Assembly: GCA_003056265.1 (NCBI GenBank)
Contig: NBVN01000006.1
Location: 30,001-62,000 of the forward strand
DNA: 32,000 bases
Direction of reading: 5' to 3'
Source: Zestosphaera tikiterensis
GTDB taxonomy: Archaea; Thermoproteota; Thermoprotei_A; Sulfolobales; NBVN01
Shown here: positions 16,244-24,101 of the stretch, piece by piece
Layout of the letters: each line of letters begins with the position of its first letter
Position numbering within the stretch: position 1 is the first letter of the stretch
The notes under the pieces: model-generated
The model's database searches: none
What the model was told of the DNA's origin: nothing
The model's input: only the letters and a program-made list of their open reading frames with translations
Made by a program: the position numbers and the translations under genes

Positions 16244-17403
16244 CTACGTTAAATTACCTCATGCTTTACGAGGATAGAGGGATTGAATTAGAGTACGCTG
16301 AAGCTCAGTATGTTTGGGACTCCAGCGGGAGGAAGTACTTAGACATGCATACAGGTCATGGCGTGGCTTTTCTAGGGCATAGAAACCCTCACATACTTAA
16401 GTCGTTGAAGAACCAGTTGGATAAGTTAATGGTGTCGTCAACCTCTTTTAGAGTAAGGGTTAGGGATGAGATGCTTGAAGTGTTAAGTAAGGTCGTCCCA
16501 AATAGGTACGCGTATGTATACCTACTAAACAGCGGTAGCGAAGCTGTGGAATTCGCGCTTAAGGTAGCTAGAATATTTACAAACCGGAAGAAGGTAATAT
16601 ACTTTACGAATTCCTTTCATGGAAGGACCTTCGGCGCGTTATCAGTGACCTACAACCAAAGATATAGGAAGGGCTTCGAACCTTTACTGCCTGAGACGGT
16701 TGCGGTGAAGTTTAACGACGTTGATGGAGTTGTGAAGTCTGTGGATGAGTTGACAGCTGCCGTCATACTTGAGCTAATACAGGGTGAGGGAGGGGTTAAC
16801 GTAGCTACGAAGGAATTCGTGGATGAGGTTAGGAGGAGGACTGCTGAGGTAGGGGCTTTAATGATCGTGGATGAGGTGCAGACGGGTTTTGGAAGGACGG
16901 GTAGTGTCTGGGCTTTTCAACAATATGGTGTTTACCCAGACGTTTTAATAGCTGGGAAAGCTATAGGTGGGGGATTTCCTGTTAGTGCGGTTTTCCTGCC
17001 GTTGGATGTGGGTATTAAGCTAGAGTCTGGAATTCATGGAACGACATACGGTGGGAACCCTATGGCCTGCGCTGCTGTTAAAGCTGCTACTGAAGTCTTA
17101 ATATCTGATGATGTTCCGTTAAAGGCTCGTGAGAAGGGTGAGAAACTCCTTAAGTTACTTAAGGATAGGTTGAAAGACGTTAAGATCGTTAGGGAGGTTC
17201 GTGGCGTTGGTTTAATGGTTGGCGTTGAGTTAAGGTTTGAGCCTTCTAAAGCCTTAAAGGATCTGCAGAATAAGGGTGTGTTGGCTTTAAAGGCTGGGGC
17301 AACCGTTCTTAGGTTGTTACCGCCTTACCTCATCACATATGAAGACATAGATTATGCGGTGAACTCCATTGGGGAATCGCTCTCTAAACAACTTACTAGC
17401 TGA
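16240..17403 (+). CDS. lysJ: Class III aminotransferase (LysJ/ArgD)
   Basis: NSGSEAVE, DEVQTGFGRTG and IAGKAIGGGFP (PLP lysine). 4-nt overlap with lysX. Confidence 0.85.
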   Translation: MTTLNYLMLYEDRGIELEYAEAQYVWDSSGRKYLDMHTGHGVAFLGHRNPHILKSLKNQLDKLMVSSTSFRVRVRDEMLEVLSKVVPNRYAYVYLLNSGSEAVEFALKVARIFTNRKKVIYFTNSFHGRTFGALSVTYNQRYRKGFEPLLPETVAVKFNDVDGVVKSVDELTAAVILELIQGEGGVNVATKEFVDEVRRRTAEVGALMIVDEVQTGFGRTGSVWAFQQYGVYPDVLIAGKAIGGGFPVSAVFLPLDVGIKLESGIHGTTYGGNPMACAAVKAATEVLISDDVPLKAREKGEKLLKLLKDRLKDVKIVREVRGVGLMVGVELRFEPSKALKDLQNKGVLALKAGATVLRLLPPYLITYEDIDYAVNSIGESLSKQLTS

Positions 17404-18463
17404 TTTCGTCGTAGACTTGCTGAAAGCTTACAGCCCTACATATAGCGAGGGAAAGGCTGTTGAGGTTCTTAAAAGCTACGCCGTTAGTTTAGGGTATGAT
17501 GAGGTATTAGTTGATGAAGTCGGTAACTTAATAGCCTCGTACGGTGGTGGCCCTAAGAAAGTAGCCCTTATAGGGCATATTGACACAATACCTGGAGAGC
17601 TTCCCATAGTTTTTGACGGGGTTAACGTAAGAGGTAGAGGGGCTGTTGACGCGAAAGGGCCTTTAGCCTCTTTCTTCGTTGGTGCTTCGCTTGCTAAAGA
17701 CTTAATTAACAAACGTGACGTTACGGTGTACTCCATAGCTGTTGTTGGTGAGGAAGGCAATAGTAGAGGAATTAAAAACTTAGTTAGGAAGGGCTTTAGA
17801 GCTGACGGCGTTGTAATAGCTGAGCCAAGCAATTACAACATCGTAGTAGGTTATAGAGGTAGTGTAAAAGTTAAAATAATCTGTAGAGGTGGGGGAGGCC
17901 ATACATCATCTCCATCAAACGGAGACTCCGCATGCGATAAGTTAATGAGTGTGTTGTTGAAGCTTAAGTCCGTGTATAACGTTTATAAAGCAACGGCGAC
18001 TTCCGTTTCGTTGACTTACATGAGGTGTGGTGAGGAAAACGCGAATGTTTACCCGAGGTATGGCGAGCTTAATCTCGATATTAGGGTTTCAGTAGATGAT
18101 GTTGTGGATAACGTTTTAAACGAGTTGAAGGGGTTAGTCACTACATATTTATGCGATTTCCACGTGCTTAGCTCTGTAAACCCAGTTAAAGTATCGATAG
18201 CATCTAATGATGTCGTGAAGGCTTTAACTAGGGCTGTATATGAGCAAGGTATGAAGCCTAAATTTGTCTATAAGTTAGGCACCAGCGATATGAATCTAGC
18301 ATATCCAACCATATCAACGAACGTAGCGGCCTTCGGCCCTGGACATTCGGAACTATCGCATTCAGACCTTGAGGAAATCTCCATAGACGAGCTAGTAACC
18401 GGTGCGAACATCTATAAGGGCTTTATAGAGAAGTTCTCGAAACTCCATAGAAATATTAAGTAA
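17369..18463 (+). CDS. lysK: [LysW]-lysine/ornithine hydrolase (M20 family; LysK/ArgE)
   Basis: GHIDTIPG, GRGAVDAKG and VGEEGNSRG are M20 metal-binding motifs. The start is uncertain: TTG 17369 overlaps lysJ by 35 nt, and TTG 17417 is an alternative. Confidence 0.8.
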   Translation: MGNRSLNNLLADFVVDLLKAYSPTYSEGKAVEVLKSYAVSLGYDEVLVDEVGNLIASYGGGPKKVALIGHIDTIPGELPIVFDGVNVRGRGAVDAKGPLASFFVGASLAKDLINKRDVTVYSIAVVGEEGNSRGIKNLVRKGFRADGVVIAEPSNYNIVVGYRGSVKVKIICRGGGGHTSSPSNGDSACDKLMSVLLKLKSVYNVYKATATSVSLTYMRCGEENANVYPRYGELNLDIRVSVDDVVDNVLNELKGLVTTYLCDFHVLSSVNPVKVSIASNDVVKALTRAVYEQGMKPKFVYKLGTSDMNLAYPTISTNVAAFGPGHSELSHSDLEEISIDELVTGANIYKGFIEKFSKLHRNIK

Positions 18464-18479
18464 GTTTATCCTGAAGTGT

Positions 18480-19115
18480 TTAACTCGTGATTAATCGCGT
18501 TAGCTCAAGTAACTTATCGTATACGTTTTTCTCTTTAGCTACTTCCTCCAAGTAGTTTAAGTCGATTTTATCTATCCAACCGGCTAACAGCCATAGAGCT
18601 TTATCCCTATCTTCAGTAGCGTTCCAGAACTTCCAACCTGATAGGTAAGAAACTATTAGATCTTCCAACGGGTCTAGATAAGCTTTCATACCCTCAATTA
18701 AGATCGTTGTTGGTGGTTTCTTCCTAGAGTATGTTGTCGACACTAAATCTATTGATTTTAGAGTTAACGTTTCGTAAGTTGGTAGGTAACCTCTGCCTAA
18801 CCTTTCTGAGAAGCTTTCAAGGAATTTCTCAACTACTTCATCAGCTTTCACACCTTCAACTATTACATCCACATCCATAGTTCTATATACGCGGGCTGTA
18901 TAGACTTCAACGGCGAAACCTCCTGTGATTACTATCCTTCCTAAACCCTCCTTCTCTAAAGCTTCATTAAGCCACGCAATGAAAAACAAATACCTCTTGG
19001 TTTCGTCTTGGATTGATTTAAGCTTAGGTAGTATGGAGGTTTTAAATACATTACTTAATTTCTCGACGAACTCAACAATGCTTAAATCCTTAAAACCCTC
19101 CTCTCCCTCGACCAT
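18480..19115 (-). CDS. Nucleotidyltransferase-fold protein (AbiEii/DUF6036-like minimal NTase), candidate toxin
   Basis: ITGGFAVEVYTARVYRTMDVDVIV fits the pol-beta NTase pattern G[GS]-x(n)-DxD. 211 aa with a helical C-terminal half. Confidence 0.55.
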   Translation of the reverse strand: MVEGEEGFKDLSIVEFVEKLSNVFKTSILPKLKSIQDETKRYLFFIAWLNEALEKEGLGRIVITGGFAVEVYTARVYRTMDVDVIVEGVKADEVVEKFLESFSERLGRGYLPTYETLTLKSIDLVSTTYSRKKPPTTILIEGMKAYLDPLEDLIVSYLSGWKFWNATEDRDKALWLLAGWIDKIDLNYLEEVAKEKNVYDKLLELTRLITS

Positions 19116-19282
19116 TCAACAACACCTAAATAACTCGGTATAAGTTCCTTAACTAGTGAAGCCAGCTTTAAAGACTCGCTTAAATCCCTACGCGTTGTTC
19201 TATACCTACCTCTGCTTAAATACACGCTCTTGTACGCCCTTCTAAACCTCTCAACGTCTAATGACGTTTCATAAATAAACAT
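19082..19282 (-). CDS. Small basic protein upstream of the NTase, candidate antitoxin/regulator
   Basis: 66 aa, Arg-rich. It overlaps the NTase start by 34 nt. TATA-like gctttaaagat (minus strand, 19308-19318) lies about 30 nt upstream of its ATG. Confidence 0.4.
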   Translation of the reverse strand: MFIYETSLDVERFRRAYKSVYLSRGRYRTTRRDLSESLKLASLVKELIPSYLGVVEWSRERRVLRI

Positions 19283-19372
19283 CTTAAGCCCCCTTCAACC
19301 CGTAACATATCTTTAAAGCTTATCACTCCCTAACGATTAACTTAAAGCGTTAATAAATTCTTTAAACATACG

Positions 19373-19550
19373 GCCCTACTTCCTATCCTATTGGCTGACG
19401 GCCCCTGTTGTTTTTAACAGGGGTTCTCCCCCTAGGGCTTGCATTACTTCTCTGAAGCCCCTCACCGGGAGTGCATCATCTATCAGTTCCCGCCGTCAGC
19501 TCCGGGAAGGTGTGGGTCTCATCCCAAGCTACGGTTGCCCACACCCAACA
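19373..19550. ncRNA. GC-rich structured RNA candidate, class unknown, strand unresolved
   Basis: Nested helices: 19393-19401 with 19493-19501 (ggctgacgg / ccgtcagct); 19402-19409 with 19416-19423 (cccctgtt / aacagggg); 19426-19430 with 19467-19471; 19435-19440 with 19455-19460 (gggctt / aagccc); 19509-19516 with 19538-19545 (ggtgtggg / cccacacc). The region is non-coding, visibly GC-rich against AT-rich flanks, and has TATA-like boxes on both sides. Confidence 0.5.
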
Positions 19551-19580
19551 CCAAAACATTAAACAAGAAAAACTTAAAAA

Positions 19581-19626
19581 CATTCACCCCGCCTTAAAAG
19601 GCAGAGCCTCAAACAGATGGTGAATG
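19581..19626. repeat. Hairpin enclosing a ccgccttaaaaggc motif related to the element termini
   Basis: cattcacc (19581-19588) pairs with ggtgaatg (19619-19626). The enclosed ccgccttaaaaggc (19589-19602) matches ccgcctttaaaggc at 3614-3627 in 13 of 14 positions. Confidence 0.4.
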
Positions 19627-19702
19627 GTAACGATGTAGACTAAGGTGTTTTACGTGCTTCGATTTAATAGCTTCTAAAGAGAAGTGGTTTTTAGGGTTTC
19701 TT

Positions 19703-20509
19703 ATGCGTGTAGTGAGGGTAGGTTATTTAATAAGCGGGTTAGTGTCTTTAGCTTTAATACTCTACATCCTTAACTTAATTTACCCGTACTATCAAACCCC
19801 TACGGAGGTGGTGTTAGTTACGTATGACGTTATTTACTTACCGCTACCTAAGAAAGTAAGTAACGTTTCTGTTGAGGAGGCGATTCTTTGGAGGAGGAGT
19901 GTTAGGGACTACGCTAAAGACCCGATAAGGCTTGAGGACCTATCCATGATTTTATGGGCTACTTATGGGGTTACTGAACCTACGTGGGGTTTTAGAGCAA
20001 CTCCAAGTGCCGGCGCTACATACCCGCTTGAGATTTACCTTGTTGTAGGTGAGGAAGGGGTTTTAATTGATGGGAATGCATACTTAGTTGCTGGGGTTTA
20101 TAAGTATGATGGGAGGAAACATCTGCTTAGGTTAGTTAAGCAAGGTGATTTTAGGGAGGAACTCTACGTAGCTGCGATTAAGCAGGAATGGGTTAGAAAC
20201 GCGCCGGTAAGTATAGTTATCTGCGCGGTCTTCGAAAGAACTACCTCAGTATACGGGGTTAGGGGGGAGGTTAGGTACGTACCGATGGAGGTTGGCCACG
20301 CAGGTCAAAACATATACTTAATGTCTACCGCGCTTGGTTACGGAGCGGTGGTTGTAGGGGCTTTCATAGATGAAGACGTATCTAAAGTAATCAACGCAGG
20401 CGTTAATGAAGTCCCTATGTACATAGTACCTATTGGAGTTCCTAAAACCCCCTACAGAACCACCTTCAAAGATATAGAGAACTACATAATTAAAGCGAGA
20501 GGTGGTTGA
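19703..20509 (+). CDS. SagB/ThcOx-type nitroreductase-fold dehydrogenase with N-terminal membrane anchor
   Basis: RRSVRDY, PSAGATYPLEIY, GVYKYDG and MEVGHAGQNIYL are SagB-type/nitroreductase motifs. One N-terminal TM helix (LISGLVSLALILYILNLI). Confidence 0.7.
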   Translation: MRVVRVGYLISGLVSLALILYILNLIYPYYQTPTEVVLVTYDVIYLPLPKKVSNVSVEEAILWRRSVRDYAKDPIRLEDLSMILWATYGVTEPTWGFRATPSAGATYPLEIYLVVGEEGVLIDGNAYLVAGVYKYDGRKHLLRLVKQGDFREELYVAAIKQEWVRNAPVSIVICAVFERTTSVYGVRGEVRYVPMEVGHAGQNIYLMSTALGYGAVVVGAFIDEDVSKVINAGVNEVPMYIVPIGVPKTPYRTTFKDIENYIIKARGG

Positions 20510-20847
20510 AAACGTCTAGAGCTCTTAAACTAGCTCTTTTAATTGTTGAGACTTCATCAATACCCCTCTACGTAGTTATAACAGCCTACATACTAACGGG
20601 GTATCAAATACTCTTCAAGGAAGTGAGGCTAATCCCTAAAGCTGAAGTAATACACACAGACCCACTTTTAAGAACCTCCTTAATCATTTTAACCTACCTA
20701 CACTCAATCTCAGGGTTAAACATCTTAATCAATCGAAGAGTGAAGAATAAAGCCTTAAAAACGCTGCTAGAGTATATAGCCTTAATAGCTACAACGACCT
20801 TATTAGCAATCCCACTAACGCTAGAGCTGGTTAGATTCGCTAGGTAA
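20506..20847 (+). CDS. Small hypothetical membrane protein (3 TM), translationally coupled to the SagB-like gene
   Basis: TTG start overlaps the upstream TGA (TTGA). 113 aa with three hydrophobic segments and conserved-looking His residues (IHTD, YLHSISG). Confidence 0.45.
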   Translation: MKTSRALKLALLIVETSSIPLYVVITAYILTGYQILFKEVRLIPKAEVIHTDPLLRTSLIILTYLHSISGLNILINRRVKNKALKTLLEYIALIATTTLLAIPLTLELVRFAR

Positions 20848-21199
20848 TCCATAACCGTTTTAATGTAAGTTACTGTAGATGTTTCACGAGGGAATTAAGT
20901 ACATAGGGTCTGACTTCATCATATCTATCTCCGCTCTATCTCTCCACCAAACCACCTTAAGCGAGGATGAAGTCTCATTGATTAGGTGTTATCCTTACCT
21001 TCATCTCCTCATCAAATCATTAACCTAACCCTTTTACTTCTACACTTTATAAGTATTACGTCATAAGAAATTAAAACAAACAATGGAACAACATCTTCAT
21101 GGCTCTTTATGTTTGTTTCAATTCCAGTCCTCAAGAAGTGACCTATAAGCTTAAAAGTTTAAAAGGCTATGTGAGTGATGTTGCCGGTGTGTTGCTGAG

Positions 21200-21925
21200 T
21201 TAGATTTTTGTGTATATCTCCACACCTAATTTTTTAGATGCCTCGATCGCTTTCTCTTCAGCATATGGTGTCACTATGATTAGTCTTTCAGGTTCTCTTC
21301 CTGTTTTCTCCTTATATAGTTCTGCCTTCCTCTTGAATTGATATACGTCTGACGCTCTAACATGTGATGATACTTCAATTAATGTAAGTTTTCCATCCTT
21401 AATCGCTATATCTACTTCAACTTCGCTTGGGTAACCAAACACCACGCCTCTCTCGTCATACGTTACCCATTTTTCAACTTTAAGCCCTAACTCCTTCTCC
21501 AATACTCCTCTTAAGCCTTCTCTAAACGCTTCCTCAGCCATCAACCCCCACCTAGCACCTAAAGCAGATATGTGTCTATTAACAAGCTCAAACCCTTTAT
21601 TCATGTCTTTTCTAAGTTCTATGAGTTCTTCCTCATGTCGGTCGAGTCTTTTAAGGACTTCTTTTATCACTTCCTCATGTCTGTCAAGCCTTTTGAGAAT
21701 TTCCTGTAATACTTCCTCATGGTGGTCGAACCTCTTAAGCATTTCTTTTATTACTTCTTCATGACTATCAAGTCTCTTGAGGATTTCCTCTATCACTTCC
21801 TCGTGCTTATCAAGTCTTTTAAGGATTTCTTCTAAACCTATTAAACCAGCTACAGCATATCTAAACTCCTCATCCTCCTTCAAAAGCTTCAATATCTTAG
21901 ACTTAAGCTCCGCAACCTCCATCAC
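21200..21925 (-). CDS. Coiled-coil repeat protein with C-terminal DUF3782 / PD-(D/E)XK-like domain
   Basis: The N-terminus has five 14-aa repeats. The C-terminal LGARWGLMAEEAFREGL...VEVDIAIKDGKLTLIEVSSHV...ERLIIVTPY resembles the restriction-endonuclease-like DUF3782 family, recalled from memory. Confidence 0.55.
   Translation of the reverse strand: MMEVAELKSKILKLLKEDEEFRYAVAGLIGLEEILKRLDKHEEVIEEILKRLDSHEEVIKEMLKRFDHHEEVLQEILKRLDRHEEVIKEVLKRLDRHEEELIELRKDMNKGFELVNRHISALGARWGLMAEEAFREGLRGVLEKELGLKVEKWVTYDERGVVFGYPSEVEVDIAIKDGKLTLIEVSSHVRASDVYQFKRKAELYKEKTGREPERLIIVTPYAEEKAIEASKKLGVEIYTKI
21623..21832 (-). repeat. Five tandem 42-bp coding repeats (14-aa units)
   Basis: The units are EEILKRLDKHEEVI / EEILKRLDSHEEVI / KEMLKRFDHHEEVL / QEILKRLDRHEEVI / KEVLKRLDRHEEEL. 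On the plus strand each unit has the form ta..acttc.tc.tg......a..ct.tt.ag.a.ttc.... Confidence 0.85.
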
Positions 21926-22146
21926 TTAACATCTCTATCTAATTACGTAATTATAAAAGGAAATATAAATCGCCTTCGTTTAATATGCTCTTACAATCAA
22001 TTGTAGTAGACGTAGCAGGTAGTTAACATCTGTGAAGACCTATTATGGTAAGATTTTATAAGTTATTTGTTAAGGGTATTTGGAAGTAGTGCTTGATATT
22101 TAGGTTTTTACTGCCTAAAATTTATTAAGTATGTTGTTCTTAGGTT

Positions 22147-22920
22147 ATGGGTGGTGTTGTGAAGTTGTCTAGGCTTAGATGGTGTGTGTTACTTCAGCTT
22201 GCTAAGGCTTGGAGGTTTGGCTTAAGTGTATCTATATCTCGTGTGATTAAAGTGTTTAACTTAAATTCTTCGCTGGTATATGGGTTTCTTCGTGAGCTTG
22301 AAGAAGATGGTTTAGCTGAAAGAACTCAGCGTGGATGGTGGGCTTTAAGTAACACTCGTAGGGCGAGGGTTCTTGCTGAATATATTCTGGAGTCGGTTAA
22401 TGATGGAATACATGATTATTGGGTTAAGCACGTTCCGGAGGTTTACTACTATATTGCTGAGCCTCCTAGTGTAGAATGGCTTGGTTACCCTAGTGAAGCG
22501 CTTGTGATAGTTGATGAACGTCTTAAGAATGGATTAAAACCTCCTAGCGGATATAGAGTTATATATACTGATATGAGGGGGCGTAGATGGAGGTATGAAT
22601 GGAGTTTAGGATATTCAAGAGGGTTACCTGAGCAAAGCATAGCAGATCTTTTAAGCTATGATTCCTCATATCCTGTAGAGCAGTATATACTATCCAACAT
22701 AAGTCGGGTAGACCTCGATGAAGTAGCTAAGAAAGCTACTGCGAAAGGGCTTAAAAGACTTTCAACGTTCTTAGCTTTCCTTAGGCTAGCTACGGGTAAG
22801 CTGTTACCTACAGGCTTTAACTACCTAACATTACTGGATGAGGGGGTACTTAACGAAAAACTAAGTGAGTATACGATGTTAATATTTGCGAACAACGTAG
22901 CTGAGGAGAGGAGGTTATAG
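22147..22920 (+). CDS. wHTH protein, AbiEi-like antitoxin/regulator candidate
   Basis: The N-terminal winged-helix-like segment is ISRVIKVFNLNSSLVYGFLRELEEDGLAERT. The C-terminal part with GLPEQSIADLLSYD resembles the AbiEi C-domain. The stop lies 3 nt before the next start. Confidence 0.5.
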   Translation: MGGVVKLSRLRWCVLLQLAKAWRFGLSVSISRVIKVFNLNSSLVYGFLRELEEDGLAERTQRGWWALSNTRRARVLAEYILESVNDGIHDYWVKHVPEVYYYIAEPPSVEWLGYPSEALVIVDERLKNGLKPPSGYRVIYTDMRGRRWRYEWSLGYSRGLPEQSIADLLSYDSSYPVEQYILSNISRVDLDEVAKKATAKGLKRLSTFLAFLRLATGKLLPTGFNYLTLLDEGVLNEKLSEYTMLIFANNVAEERRL

Positions 22921-22923
22921 AGC

Positions 22924-23988
22924 TTGAGCGATGCTTCCTACAGTGAAGGAGGTGATGAAGGTAACTTAGATAAGCTACTGGAGGAAACCCGTTTAAGGCT
23001 TAAGACATTAGTACCTGATTACTCGCAACTACCTATTATTACTCGTAAACTACCTGGAGTTGAATACGGCTTAAAGAAGTGGGAACTTAACAATGTTGAA
23101 AGAGGTTTAGAGAGAGTATGGCATATAATGAGGTTATTACGTCTTCTCTCCAGGTACTTTGGTGAGAAGCTATTCTTCGGCGGCGGCTCAATTTTAAACT
23201 ATATATACATGGTTAAATATCGTGAGCCGCCTAGACTTACATTCGTTCTCGACTCAGCTTGGTATAGGGAGGTGAAGTCTAAGAGGGTTATACTAAAAGA
23301 GATGGCGGGATTTAATAAGTGGTTAGCTGAGAACGGCGCTATCCTAGAGGTGCCTACATCCACCTCGAAGAAGGTAACGCTACTCTTAGTTGAATACGAT
23401 GTCGAGAAAGACTTCTTCCCAGAGCTTCTCTCACTACGTATGCCCGTTATAACTAGGTTTGACGGTAGGCCCTTCCATGAATTTCTTAATATACGCGACT
23501 ACAACGTCATAAGGATGCTTCGAAAGGTATTCAACGAAGTCCTCGGGGTTGAGGATCCGCGAATAGACTACGTAAGGTTTGAGGTTTCATTAAACCCAGC
23601 GGGTATGCAGAGGGAGGAGGTGATGTTGGAAGACTTATTTGGTTTAAGTATTAAAACATGGATCACTTCTCTTGAATATCAGTTAGCATCTAAGATAACT
23701 TATAAAGTTGGTAGGGAATTCGGGGCGGCTCTAGAGTATAATCTTCATGACATCCTTAAAGCGGTTTTAGACCTTAGGCTACTTAAGTACGTAGACTCCA
23801 GTGAGGTTAAGAAGTATGTTGAAAACGTATCATACAGCATAGTGGAACACAACCTGAAAAGCCTTCTAAAACCTGAGGGAAGGAAGTTATGGGACGTAAA
23901 CTATCACTACACACTCATTAGAAGGAAGTATACCTTAGAGCAGCTAGTAGGGGAAGTTGAAGCACTTCTAGAGAATGTGTTAAGATAA
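22924..23988 (+). CDS. AbiEii/AbiGii-family nucleotidyltransferase-like protein with a degenerate DxD motif
   Basis: LFFGGGSILNYIYMVKYREPPRLTFVLDS aligns to the family core fkGGTaL...RfSeDlDf, with the first Asp replaced by Val. The later LEYQLASKI...LHDILKAVLDL resembles the conserved C-terminal helix region. Confidence 0.55.
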   Translation: MSDASYSEGGDEGNLDKLLEETRLRLKTLVPDYSQLPIITRKLPGVEYGLKKWELNNVERGLERVWHIMRLLRLLSRYFGEKLFFGGGSILNYIYMVKYREPPRLTFVLDSAWYREVKSKRVILKEMAGFNKWLAENGAILEVPTSTSKKVTLLLVEYDVEKDFFPELLSLRMPVITRFDGRPFHEFLNIRDYNVIRMLRKVFNEVLGVEDPRIDYVRFEVSLNPAGMQREEVMLEDLFGLSIKTWITSLEYQLASKITYKVGREFGAALEYNLHDILKAVLDLRLLKYVDSSEVKKYVENVSYSIVEHNLKSLLKPEGRKLWDVNYHYTLIRRKYTLEQLVGEVEALLENVLR

Positions 23989-24101
23989 CAGTTCTAAAAA
24001 ATTGTTTTAAGTGATGGCTTAACTACCGACACTTAATGAGTGTTATTGAGGATAGTGTTTTCAATCATCTTACTCGCGTGACTCCTAAAAGTATACCATG
24101 C

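Noticed and set aside
19373-19550. Assigning the structured RNA candidate to SRP RNA, RNase P RNA or a tRNA.
   Set aside because: I could not find a GGAA/GNAR helix-8 loop with the AGCA motif, a GAAAGUCC-type CR-I, an ACAGAA CR-V, or a T-arm GGTTCRAATCC. The resemblances (ccgggaagg; tagatgatg on the minus strand) are too weak. The class is left open pending a covariance-model scan.
21926-22146. Treating the small palindrome tacaat-ca-attgta (21992-22005) as an established AbiEi operator.
   Set aside because: Six-bp arms in an AT-rich intergenic region are expected by chance. It is mentioned only as a candidate inside the cassette finding.
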